Assembly (NCBI GenBank): GCA_033442325.1
Contig: JAWQFM010000018.1
Span: 447,482 to 511,481 of the forward strand
Direction: 5' to 3'
Length of the DNA: 64,000 bases
From: Salpingoeca rosetta
Lineage: Eukaryota; Protista; Choanoflagellata
Below, in pieces: positions 42,374-54,986 of this stretch. Numbering within the stretch: position 1 is the stretch's first letter; each line of letters opens with the position of its first letter. The translations under genes and the position numbers were made by a program. A model generated the notes under the pieces. That model was not told the DNA's origin, searched no databases, and saw only the letters and a list, made by a program, of their open reading frames with translations.

Positions 42374-42659
42374 GTGCATGATGTGTGTGTGTGTGTCTGT
42401 GTGTGTGTGTGTGTCTGTGCACTTGAAGCTGCTTTCCTTCCTTCCTTCCTTTCATCTTGAGTTACATTGCGTTTACTTCGTGGACTGAGTGGCGTTGTGC
42501 CTTTGTTGTCACCGCGGAGTGGATGAAGCTGAACAGATGCCCCTTGTTGGCGAAGTGATGAAACAGGCGAACGAACGAACAAGGGAAGGGGCTTGCAGTT
42601 GTCGCATCATCATCCCTCGCCACTCACCACAAAAACCACACAACGACAGCAACAAAACC

Positions 42660-44096
42660 ATGCGGTGGCGACAAGGGCTGGTGTTGATGATAACGGTTGT
42701 GGCGTTCGCTGTGGGGAATGTGGTGCTGTTGATGCACACGACCACGCAGGTCGTACACGAGCACAACGAGCAGCAGCAACAACAACAACAGCAGCAGCAG
42801 CAGCGGTGGCGACGGGGAGAGGACAGTGCCGATTTGTTCGCGTGGGGCGCAACACAGGACATGTTGTTGCGGGTGTCTGTGCTGATGCGCGACTTTGAGC
42901 TGTGGACCAACGATGTCGCCGGCACCATTGAGCACGCCGTCGCAGCTGTCGACCCAATCGCCCGAGTCCAGCAGGTGAGCAGGCCCGCTGGGATGGTGCA
43001 CACGCCAGCGCATGAGCGTGGTGGAACGTCTGTATGCATGTATGCATGCTTGCTTGCAAGCACGCATCGTGAGTCTGATCCCTGCATGCTTGCTTGCGTG
43101 CATCTCTGTGGATGTTGCAGGTTGTTGTTGCGGCGCCCAGGCTGCCGTACCCACCCATCACGGTCCCGCGGGAGCTTCAACCACAGACGCAGGTTGTGTC
43201 GACCGCCCTGGGCATATTCGAGGACAGCACGGGCTCTCTCCAGTCCCGAGACATTCGCTTCACCGGCGGTGAGCACTATGTTTGATGTGGGTGTGTCTGT
43301 GTCTGTGTGTGTGCCTGTGTCTGTGTCTGTGTGTGCCTGTCTGTCTGCCTGTGGTCAGGTGTGTCTGTGTCTGTGTCTGTGTCTGTGTCTGTGTGTGCGT
43401 GTGTGTGCGTGTGTCTGCCTGTGGTCAGGGTACATTCAAGTGGCGTGCGAGTGCTGATGTTTGCTCGTGTTTGGTGTGCAAGCAGACTTGGTGCTGGCAG
43501 TCGTGGATGGGCTTGATCTTCGGGAGTGCGCCGCCGACGTGAGCCGGTGGATATCGCTGCACCGACAGCGACTGTTGCAGCTACGCAATCGACAAGACAC
43601 GAGAGCAGATGTTGCAGGTCGCGCCAGCCGTTCATGCTTCATCTCCTTCCTCCACGCCATGCCCCGCACCGTTTCCGGTGAGCTCGTGAGGTAGACGCAG
43701 CGCTGGTTGATGGCAGCAGAACTGTGTTCCTGTATTGCTTCTTGCACGCATGCACACACACGCATGCACACACGTATGCACACCCACTCACTCACTCATA
43801 CCCACACGTCTGCGCGATGCGTGCATGCAGGGACGTTTGAGTGCTCCTCGGCATTGTTTGATGTGAAGCGGTGGACCCTGCGCGTCTCGACAACCGAGTA
43901 TGCCGTTGTTGCCTCTGACCGACATCATGCGAATGACATGAGCCTGAACACCACTGTCGTTTACTGTAGCTTTCGTTCACACCACACCTCCACCATCACC
44001 ATATCCTCGATAGACTGCCACGTCCACCAAAGGGTGTTCTCGCGCAGTGCAACTACACAGCAGGTGCGCAACAGCAGAAATGAACGAGTGGGCGCG

Positions 44097-44152
<56 letters not shown>

Positions 44153-44359
44153 TCGGTAAGGTGCTCGAGCCACATTGCTGCCGGGTGCCCTGATCAGCCA
44201 CTCGCATGCAATCACTTGCACATCACACGTGCGTGTGTGGCATCAACAGAAGTGCAGACTGCCGTGCTGGCCGATGCTGAAACGTTGCGGTTGCTTCGCT
44301 GGGATGAGCTAGAGCCCATGAGCCGCGGCCTCTTGCTGCAGGTAAGGGCGTGTGTGTGC

Positions 44360-44449
<90 letters not shown>

Positions 44450-45091
44450 CGGCAGCTGTGACACCTACGTACCAGAATTAATCTCAACCTGCACACGCAC
44501 AACACACGTTCGCGTACGGTAGGCACACGCAAAGCAGTGCACGATCGAGCAGTATGTGTCCCCGCACCTGGACGTGCCCAACCGAGCCCATGACATCTTC
44601 AACACACCCCACCTCCAAGGTGCAGAACCGTCTGCTGTGCTGTGTGCCTCTGGCTTGCTCCCTATCTTGTTTGCTCACCTGCACATGAGCAGAGAGTATG
44701 ACAGCTACGCTCACACACATGACACTCAACATGCAGACAAGCATGTGCGCTACAGTGAGCAGCGTGCCGCGTCGCTCTATCAGCAGCTTGGCATCAAGCG
44801 CGTGCAGCACCCCAGCCTTGGCACAGAGGAGTGGTATGGCTGCCACAAGGTGAGCCGTTGTCGTGATGAGAGGCAACAAGCGTCTCCATGTCGCCACCAA
44901 GTGGGATACCTGCTCTACTCACACGTGTGTGCTCTTCAGCATAGCGTTGGCATTACTTCGAGCCGAACGTTGCTTGGTTCGCCGTCCTTGTTTCACGCAT
45001 GTCTCTTCTGGACCGTGGTTGCAACAGAACTCTGCCCGCTGCTTTGGCACCGTTGTACACGACACGCCCGAATACATCTTCCAAGGTGTGT

Positions 45092-45122
<31 letters not shown>

Positions 45123-46150
45123 GGTGTGTGTGTGGGTGTGTGTGTGGGTGTGTGTGCGTGTGAGTGCGTGTATGTGGCATGCATGGGTCGTGTCTACCGT
45201 TGCTCGCGCCACCTTGCTGACACGCTTACATTCAACACCTTGCTTGTTCCTTGTGGGTTGTTGAACCTCTTCCACAGGGAGGTGGACACCGCCTTGTTGT
45301 CTTGAGAACATCCGCAAAACAGCAAGGTAGATGTGCTGTGTGATGTCACATGTGTTCGTTCGGTACGCGTTGCACCTTTCGTGGCTCTGCGATACTCGTT
45401 CCTGTCCCCAAAATCCTCTCATCCCACCGCCGCCGCCACAATGCAGGTACCTGTTCCGTGTGCTGAATGCCGCGGGTGTGCGGTATTGGCTGGAGGGCGG
45501 TACGCTGCTTGGCGCTGTGCGACACGGCGACATCATTGAGGTGTGCTGACGATAGGCACGTAGATGGTGGCGGTGGGCATATAGATGGTGATGCTGCTGC
45601 ACCTGTGGTGCAAGTGTGAGTGTGGTGTGGATGTGTGATGCAAGTGTGAGTGTGGTGCGGATGTGAGTGTGATAAACACACCATTTGATTGACAAACAAC
45701 AGCAGATCGTGCGTGACCCTCGATTCAACAACGCTTTCTTGCTTGCACATGTGTTGCAGTGGGACTACGACTGCGATGTTGGCATCTTCTTGGATGATGT
45801 GGCCAAAGTGCCCGAGCTCAGCCACGCTGCAACACAGGTGTGGGTGGGGCATGTTGCCTGCAGGCACGAGTTGCACCGTGTGACGCAACGCCATCGCCAT
45901 ACATTCACATACATACTCACCCATGCACGCACATGCATGCCTTTGTGCTGCTGCAGGGTTCACACGAGACCGCGGATGGGTTTGTATGGGAGAAGGCGCG
46001 AGAGGGCGATTTCTTCCGCGTGCAATTCAGCAAGTTCAACCACTTGCACGTGGACATCTTTCCCTTCTACGAAAAGGATGGCGTCATGACAAAGGTCGTG
46101 GCGCAGTTTGCGTGTAAATATGTGTGTGTGAACATGTGTGTGTGTGAACA

Positions 46151-46212
<62 letters not shown>

Positions 46213-46640
46213 GCTTGCGTTCTGCGTCTTCTTGTCCCATCTGCAACCGCTGACGTCCGAATATGTGCCCAATCTTCCATCTCACCCCGTTTGGGTTTTT
46301 GGCGACTGTTTGCGTTCTGCAGGACACGTGGATGGAGTCCCACCGTCAGGATATGGGTACGGTACAACAAACACTGCTACTGCTGCTGGTACTTGGCTGG
46401 TCCTGCTGCTTTTCATCAATTGTTCGGTCCTTTCAAACCACTTCTTAACCCACCAGCCCACTCATCCAAACACATCGACCACGACATGCAGAGTTCCCCA
46501 GCTCGTACCTGCACCCGCTGGATACCATCACCTTTGTCGGCGTTGATGTGCGCATTCCAAACCGCGCCAGAGAGTTTCTCGAGATGAAGTTTGGGCCGGG
46601 CTGCATCGAGCATCCGCGCCTGCCGGGGCCATCAGCATAG
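42660..46640 (+). CDS. FKRP: Fukutin-related protein (LicD-family ribitol-phosphate transferase)
   Basis: Type II TM; [10 protein letters not shown]; PYPP; [34 protein letters not shown]; [28 protein letters not shown]; [29 protein letters not shown]; [14 protein letters not shown]. Confidence 0.93.
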
Positions 46641-47355
46641 GCAACAACAGCAACAGCACAACCAGTCCCTGTCCCGCCGCTACCACCACCACGCCCTGCA
46701 ATAACAACTACTCACGTCGGCATCGCTCGAGAAGCGCAGCCCAGCTGCTGGGCCCGACGCCGCGGGGCCGGTCACTGTCGCTCTTCCCTCAGAAGTCGCC
46801 AACAGCAGCAAACGCAGCAAACACAGCAGGTGGAGCGAGAACCTCCACGACAACGATGATGATGATGATGTCGCCGGCCAGTCCGTCGGTAATGGCGCGA
46901 TCACGTGCGGGCGCCAAGAGCACACCGCTGGACCCGGCCCACCCCATGCAGCAGCGCTACGCTGACATGCACGTGCACAGGCTTTGAGAGGCGGGGTTAA
47001 AGAAGCGGAGTGTGTTTGCTGGGCTGACCGTGGTGAACGAACATCTGTGTGTCAGGACGATAGCGGGGTTTGGGTGTGTGTATGCGAACGCTGCCATCGT
47101 CAGACAAGAGAGAGGGACGAATGGTAATGAGGGCAGTGTGTCGCACACACACACACAAGGATAGCTTTGTTCGATTTTTGTTGTATTGCTTTGTATCACA
47201 ATGTCACACATCTTGTTCATGCACAACAACAAGTAAACAAACGCTCAAACCGAAACACGCACGCAGCAAAGACCCACGCAAACATTGCAGTGCAGTGAAG
47301 ATGCAAGACAGCATGACAACACGATGACGCAAGCGGTAGTGAAGATGCATGCGCG

Positions 47356-47973
47356 TCAGTCGAGGAAGTGTGCCGTCTCGAGAAATGCTGCCATGACATC
47401 GGCAGCCTTGCGGGCTGCAACGGGCCGGAACACATTGCGCTGGTCCTTGTGCGTTTCATGGGCGCCTGTTGCTGCTGCTGCTGTTTCTGCATCGGCGCGG
47501 GCACGACCCATCACCGCTGCATTGTGCTTCTTGTTGGCCTTTCTGCGTTTGTCAAAGGCCTGGTTGCCCGTCTTCTTACCCTTCAGCTTACTCGCGTCGC
47601 TCACTGCCTTGATGACGGGAAGCGCCTTGACCTTGGACATGGCATCCCTGGTGTCGCCATCTCCCTGCGCCATCCGCACGGCCTTGAAGAAGGCAAACGC
47701 CTCCATGTCCAGGCCATCCGTCTTTCCCACCAGCGCCGTGCAGTCCTCGCGCACCTGCGGGTACGTGTACAGCACGCCGTCCTTGTGCACCGTCAGCATT
47801 CCCGGCATCTTGAATGAGACGCCCTGGTTGTCTGCGACATCGATGCAGGCATTCTGGTACGACGTGTTATCCTTGGCTGACTGGAAGTAGTAGTCCTTGG
47901 TGCACAAGCGAAACTCCTCCTTGTCGTGCGCAGACTTGTCAATCTTCTCACCACCGCTGCCAGTGGACACCAT
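47356..47973 (-). CDS. Hypothetical intronless ORF (205 aa), possibly the 3' part of a frameshifted gene extending to ~48240
   Basis: Non-repetitive ORF with coding-like GC3 bias. Protein-like segments upstream in two other frames. No recognisable motif. Confidence 0.45.
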   Translation of the reverse strand: MVSTGSGGEKIDKSAHDKEEFRLCTKDYYFQSAKDNTSYQNACIDVADNQGVSFKMPGMLTVHKDGVLYTYPQVREDCTALVGKTDGLDMEAFAFFKAVRMAQGDGDTRDAMSKVKALPVIKAVSDASKLKGKKTGNQAFDKRRKANKKHNAAVMGRARADAETAAAATGAHETHKDQRNVFRPVAARKAADVMAAFLETAHFLD

Positions 47974-48377
47974 TCGCCAAGGGTTTTCTTGACCGCCTTT
48001 TGCAGTGGGCGCAGGTCACTCTTGACGCTGAGCCACGACTCATCATGGGAAGGTGGACAGAACGATTCCAGGGCGTGAAGGAGGTCCGCTCCGTGACTTT
48101 TGCCCCGGATGCCGCATGCTTTTGGTCAGCTTCAACGCCTCCTGCGGTGACAGGTTCCACATCCACAGCTCGTCCGCGATGCTGGCTCTCAGCGCGTCTG
48201 CTTTGCTCTGATCTTCGTCTGTTGGCTTGTTTTGCTTGCAGGCAACTGATGCCGACTGGCGAGTGTGGTCGCGAATTTTCTTTCGTCCGCCAAAACGCAA
48301 CAGCCACTCGAGGAAAAAAGGAAAAGGAAAGGAGACAGAGAAGCAGAGGAAGCAGACACACACACACAAACACACAA

Positions 48378-48418
<41 letters not shown>

Positions 48419-48441
48419 ACACACACACACACACAAGTACG

Positions 48442-51400
48442 ATGGACTCACAAAGTCAAGATGAGCCGCTGGAGGACGACACGTTTCCTGACTGGTTTCA
48501 AAACGTGATCCAGTCCATCGAGGATGGATCCTGCGGAGATACAGTGAAGTGAGTTCTTCTTAGCTTCTTGTGCTGTCTTGCTTGGTGTAACCGCATGTTC
48601 AGATGTTCATGCTCACAATCGCACATGGTGCCTCCCGTTTTGCCCTCTTGCCTTATCTTGGATATGCATTCGGTGGTCTGCACAGCTCACAAGCAAATTT
48701 GTTTGGCTCATCATCGCTGTTTCTCTCTCGTGTCACCTGCGCAACGTGTATGCTGTGCTGGAAGCTTGACTCGTGCGAAACTGTCACAGGAGATGTGCCA
48801 GCGTCTGGCAGCAGCTCTGCTGAAGACTTCATACCCTTTGAAAACCCTGACGTGTGTCGTGTTTGCTGTGTTTGTGTCATGACATGTGTAAGAACAGCGT
48901 CACGTGTGCGGCTATTTGGGTGCTTGTGTACATGTGCAAACGGTTTCTTGTTCGACTGTGCCCATGTGTGATGGCCCTTGATTGACCCCTGTCACGACGT
49001 GGTGCTATTACACTCGTGCCTTGCAGCTTGGCCAGGAACCACATTGGCCCAGAAGACATGAAAGCACTTGCACCAGCACTTGGGAAGCTGCAGAGTCTAC
49101 AGTCACTCAGGTACGTGTCACGTGCCTTGGCACAGATGCGTTGCGTGTGTTTGCTGCTCTTGTGTCATGGCATGTGCACAGCATCACTTGTGCAACGCTT
49201 TGGATGCTTGTGTGCATGTGCACATGATTGCTTGTTTGGCTGTGCTCATGTGTGATGGCTCTTGACTGCTGCTGTCACCTAACATGCGGTTATGGCACTC
49301 ACCCTTTCTAGCTTGAGTGCCAACAACTTCGGCCCTGAAGAGATGAAGGCACTTGCACCATCACTTGGGAAGCTGCAGAGTCTACAGTCACTCAGGTACG
49401 TGTCACGTGCCTTGATACAGATGCGTTGCGTGCGTTTGCTGTATTTGTGTCATGGCATGTGCACAGCATCACTTGTGCAACGCTTTGGATGCTTGTGTGA
49501 ATGTGCACATGATTGCTTATTCGGCTGTGCTCGTGTGTGATGGCCCTTGACTGCTGCTGTCACCTAACATGTGGTTATGGCACTCACCCTTTCTAGGTTG
49601 AGCCGCAACAGAATCGGCCCTGAAGAGATGAAGGTACTTGCACCAGCACTTGGGAAGCTGCAGAGTCTACAGTCACTCAAGTACGTTGCAATTGCCTTGA
49701 TACAGATGTGTTGTGTGTTTGCTGTGTTTGTGTCATGACATGTGAGCGTGGCCCTTGACTGACCCCTGTCGCAACTTGATGCTGTGACTGTCTCTTTTTC
49801 TAGTTTGAGTGGTAACAGAATCGGCCCAGAAGGCATGAAGGCACTTGCACCAGCACTTGGGAAGCTGCAGAGTCTACAGTCACTCAGGTGCGTGTCACGT
49901 GCCTTGGCACAGATGCGTTGCGTGTGTTTGCTGCTCTTGTGTCATGACATGTGCACAGAATCACTTGTGCAACGCTTTGGATGCTTGTGTGAATGTGCAC
50001 ATGATTGCTTATTCGGCTGTGCTCGTGTGTGATGGCTCTTGACTGCTGCTGTCACCTAACATGCGGTTATGGCACTCACCCTTTCTAGCTTGAGTGCCAA
50101 CAACTTCGGCCCTGAAGAGATGAAGGTACTTGCACCAGCACTTGAGAAGCTGCAGAGTCTACAGTCACTGGAGTACGTGTCACGTGCCTTGGCACAGATG
50201 CGTTGCGTGTGTTTGCTGTATTTGTGTCATGGCATGTGCACAGCATCACTTGTGCAACGCTTTGGATGCTTGTGTGCATGTGCACATGATTGCTTGTTTG
50301 GCTGTGCTCATGTGTGATGGCCCTTGACTGCTGTTGTCACCTAACATGCGGTTATGGCACTCATCCTTTCTAGTTTGAGTGACAACCAAATTCGCCCTGA
50401 AGGCATGAGGGCACTTGCACCGGCACTTAAGAACCTGAAGAGCCTACAGTCACTCAGGTACGTGTCACGTGTCTTGGTACAGATGCGTTGTGTGCTTGCT
50501 GTGCTTGTGCTTGTGCTGTGTGCACACCATCACTTGTGCCACGTGTTGGTACTTCTGTGTATGTGCACTGATGATTGCTTGTTCGGTTGTGCTTATGTGT
50601 GATTGATTGCCCTTGACGGATCCTTGTCGCAACTTGCTTCCATGACTGTCACCCTTTCTAGTTTGAGGTACAACCAAATTGGATCAGAAGGCATGAAGGC
50701 ACTTGCACCAGCACTTGAGAACCTGAAGAGCCTACAGTCACTCGAGTATGTTAATATTTACTTGGTGCAGATGCGTTGTGTGTTTGCTGTGCTTGTGCTT
50801 TGACACGTGTGTGTGTGGCATCACCTGTGCAACGTGTTAGTACTTCTGTACATGTGCACTGATGATTGCTTGTTCGGTTGTGCTCATGTGTGATTGATTG
50901 TCCTTGACGGATTCCTGTCGCAACTTGTTTCCATGACTGTCGCCTTTTCTAGTTTGAGTGGCAACAGCATTGGCCCAGAAGGCATGAAGGCACTTGCACC
51001 AGCACTTGGGCAGCTGCAGAGTCTACAGTCACTCAGGTATGTTACTATTGACTTGGTGCAGATGCGTTGTGTGTTTGCTGTGCTTGTGCTTTAACACGTG
51101 CGTTTGTGTGGTATCACCTGTGCAACGCTTTGGATGCTTGTGTACATGTGCAAACGGTTTCTTGTTCGGCTGTGCTCATGTGTGATGGCTCTTGACCGAT
51201 CCCTGTCACTACGTGGTGCTATTACACTCGTGCCTTGCAGCTTGGCTAGGAACCACATTGGCCCAGAAGGCATGAAGGCACTTGCACCAGCACTTGAGCA
51301 GCTGAAGAGTCTGCAGTCACTCAGGTATGTTACAATTGCCTTGGTACAGATGTGTTGCGTGTGTTTGCTGTATTTGTGTCATGACATGTGCGCAGCATCA

Positions 51401-54334
51401 CTTGTGCAACGCTTTGGATGCTTGTGTGAATGTGCACATGATTGCTGATTCGGCTGTGCTCATGTGTGATGGCCCTTGACTGACCCCTGTCGCAACTTGA
51501 TGCTGTGACTGTCACCTTTTTCCTAGTTTGAGTGGCAACGACTTTGGACCAGAAGGCATGAAGGCACTTGCACCATCACTTGGGAAGCTGCAGAATCTAC
51601 AGTCACTCGAGTGAGTGTCTGCGGTGGGGTTGCAAGCAACACGTTTCAGCTCTTCTTGTTGTTGCAGTATCCTTGCTTGTGCTGTGGGCTTCCATGTTGC
51701 CGTGAATTTCGTTCACTTTGCCAATTCTGTGTTTAGCATGCCTCAGATTTTGACAAACATGTGACTGATGCGATTCTCTCTTGCGCGGCAACAACAGCCT
51801 TGACTCCTGCGGCATAACCGTCCTGACCACGGACTTCCTCCACACCGAACACATTCCCAACATCCGCTTCGGCTTCGATCCCATCGCCTACCCACCACCC
51901 TCAATCATCACGTTTGGCCGACCTGCCATCTACGCCTACCTCCGTGATGTTCAACGAGGCCACGAACTGCTGACGCGATCGCGGCTCGTCTTCATTGGTG
52001 ATGGCGGTGTCGGCAAGACCACGCTCAAGACAGCGCTTCTCATGCTCCACAACAAAAGCAAGCATCGAACGAAGTTGCTCAAAAAGGTTCAAGGGGCAGC
52101 AAAGGCAGCGTTCAAACACTACACTGAGGCCGATTTTCGGCACTGGATCGACAAGGACCTTGCGCAACAGGATGGCTTCTTCGACAAGCACTTTCTCGAC
52201 GCACGCGACGTCACGGGCGACGATTTCCTGACGTGTTCGAAGCAGGAGCTGAAGGATACCATCTTCTGCAGTGAGAGCCGAGGGCAGGCAGTGAAGCGTG
52301 TGCAGCGAAAGCTCGCGGATGTGCACCGGTTTCTGCTTGCCGAAGACGTGACGTTGCACTTGAGTCAGAGGCGACCCTTTCAGCTGCTGCTCCAAATCCC
52401 ACACGTGTGGACAGAAGGCGTTCACGTGGATGAGTGGCGCATTTCAAAAACACACCATGAGGACGACCCCACAAGCACGACCAGATTCGACTTGTGGGAT
52501 TTTGCTGGCCAGCTTGAGTTCTTCCCTGCCCACCAGCTCTTCATGGCCTCGCACATGGCCGTGTACATTCTGGTGTTCGATGCCTCCAAGGGTTTCAAGC
52601 ATGCGCATGCTCGCATTCGCGTATGGTTGGACCTGCTCGAGGCATGCCTTCCATACAACGGTGATGGTGCTGCAGATGCCATCCAAGTGCGGCTTGTCGC
52701 CACCAAGACCGATTGTGCGCGTGAGGATTTGGGCCTGCAGCATCTGCTGCAAACACTTCAGCGCCGTGTCGGCAAGCGGTTTGACCTTGGAAGCCGCTGC
52801 TTCGCCACGCGCTACAACGAGCCAGATGGCGGAGATCTGACCGCGCTGGATGCAGAGCTGTGGGCACTGCGCAAGCAAGGGGTGCCGTACTTCCAAGTGC
52901 CCAAGGCGTACATGGCGATCAAGGAGGGCGTGGAAAAGTTGGCGAGACACAAGGAGGTGAAGGGGTGGCCTGTTGTTTCAATCCAAGATTGACGTCAAAG
53001 GCAAGGACCGTGACCTGATTCTTGGCTTCCTCCAAGATGCTGGCGTTGTGCGGCGTATCCCCTCTGACAAGGACGAGTGTGTGGTCAAACCAGTCACGTG
53101 GCTGAGCAAGCTGATGGCTTCCATCTTGCACCCACTTCATGGTCTGAAGATGGCACGTGCTGCGGATGATTCAAGCGACCGTACTTTCCTGCCTGGCGTT
53201 GAGGGTTCCGAAGCTGCCAGTGTGTTGTCATGCCGTGATGTACCCGTTCCAGTTGAGCGTGGGCAAGGTTTGCTTCCATTTCTGGCGTCCTTCGGTGTTT
53301 GCTTTCCTCTGGATGGCCAGCGATACACCTTCCCCGCTCTGTTGCCGCGCGCACGTGTGCATGGGAAGATCGTGGAGCGACTCAACGCTCGTGCCGATGC
53401 TCATGGCGCTGGCATTGCCGGACGTCGTCTGCAGTGCTTGGACGAGCAGCAGTTTCTGCCGCCAACGTGCTGGCCGGCCGTGGTGAAGGGATTATTTTAT
53501 GTTGTGAAAGAGCTGAATGGAGACGCCTTGCACTTGAGCAAGGGCATATTTGTGGCGAAGATGAGCGACAACAGCTACCTCGCCACATGTGTGACGGATG
53601 TCAAGCACAGACGTGCGCTGGACGTCGTCGCGGTGGGCGCTGACTCATTTCTGCTTCATCTGGCCATGCTCGTGGTTGTAGACGCTCTGCACAAACAGTT
53701 TCCATCACTTCGACTCCAGAAGCGCTGCCTACTGGTGGCCGGTGCTGATGATCACGAACGAGAACACCACGTGTTGCTGAAACGTGCTATCACAACGCGG
53801 GCTGTTCACACGGCGGTGAAGTCGACAAGTGAGGCTTTGGAAGGACTTGCTGCTCCCGCAGGAGTAACACCGCAACTGCATCAACTTTACGTTCGACGCT
53901 TGGAGCAGTCGAAGCTGGTATTCAGGGATCGCGACTCTGGCTCATTGAGGCTCGTGTACTTTCATGAGCACTGGCTCGCACTCCTGACAGACCCGGAGCT
54001 TGTGAAAGAGAAGAACATCCCAGAGGCGAGGCAGACAGCGAAGATGTGGCAGCTGTTTGCGGACGTTGAACGCGAGATTTTCTTTTTAAGCGATGCGGAA
54101 ATGAACAACCTTGCCACGCGCTGTGGGATGAAAGACACCCGAAAGTTAGATGGACTAGGCCTCATCCATTGGCTGAAATCAAACTGCCCAAAAGGCAGCA
54201 ACCTGCCGTACCTTTCACCCGACAGCGACCTGGAGCCGCTGCGAGCAGCTGCTGAGGGCGCTCTTGGTGAACGGCACAATATTTGTGTCAACACGCGCGA
54301 ATGGCAGCGATTATTTCAGAAGGAAAACGCCTGA
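48442..54334 (+). CDS. ROCO protein: RI-type LRR array - ROC GTPase (SAM-like insert) - COR - unknown C-terminal domain; +1 frameshift at ~52975-52992
   Basis: Eleven LRR exons; AIYAYLRD; LVFIGDGGVGKTTL; TEGV; LWDFAGQLEF; VYILVFD; LVATKTD; VPKAY..WPVV; FLQDAGVV..WLSKLM; YTFPALL; GRRL. Confidence 0.88.
48765..51610 (+). repeat. Tandem exon-intron array: one 28-aa LRR per 84-nt phase-2 exon, period ~285 bp
   Basis: Exons 48765-48851 (87 nt), 49027-49110, 49312-49395, 49597-49680, 49804-49887, 50089-50172, 50374-50457, 50662-50745, 50953-51036, 51241-51324, 51527-51610. The introns are also homologous. Confidence 0.95.
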
Positions 54335-54986
54335 CCACTGCGTGTGTGACCCTGTTGTTGCTTTGAGTATTGTTCATTTGCATGCTTCACTTCTCCCTCG
54401 TAGCTCTCATTCATTCTGTCCTCCTGCGTTCAATACCATTCACCATTCCTCCCTCCGGCTGCTTCATCTTCATCAATACATCCGTTTGGATCCCTTGACT
54501 ACGACAATAAATCAACACAACCTCAAAGCTTTCCGACCTCCCCAAAGCTCTGAAGTAGCACCACAGCATATCCCCACTCCCAAGTCAATTCTCTTGCTTC
54601 CATATGTTCATCCAGCAACTGCTTCATCTCTGTCGCGTCGGGAAATGAAACGAACTTCCAGTTGCAGTCGTTGGCACTTACACTACAGCGACGTAACAGG
54701 GTGCGCAGCCTCTTGTTGATTGATCTTGCATTCCTGAAAGATGAGATCTGATGCTGCACGTGTGCATGTACAACAGTCGTGTAAATCGTTCAGCTGCTGC
54801 AGCGACGCTGCACACAAGTGAAGTGCCGACCTGATGATGCGGGCTACAACACATCCACTTCCGCCTCGCTAGTGCGTTGACAGAAAATGTGTTTGGCAAT
54901 CAGAATTCACAACACAACACATTGCTGTTTGTCCCATTTATGTTCCTCGTCACGACACCACAATCACACAATCACACGCCACCGTT

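Noticed and set aside
48765-51610. Regularly spaced repeats superficially like a CRISPR array
   Set aside because: The units are 84-nt GT-AG-bounded LRR exons with homologous introns rather than unique spacers, and there are no cas genes.
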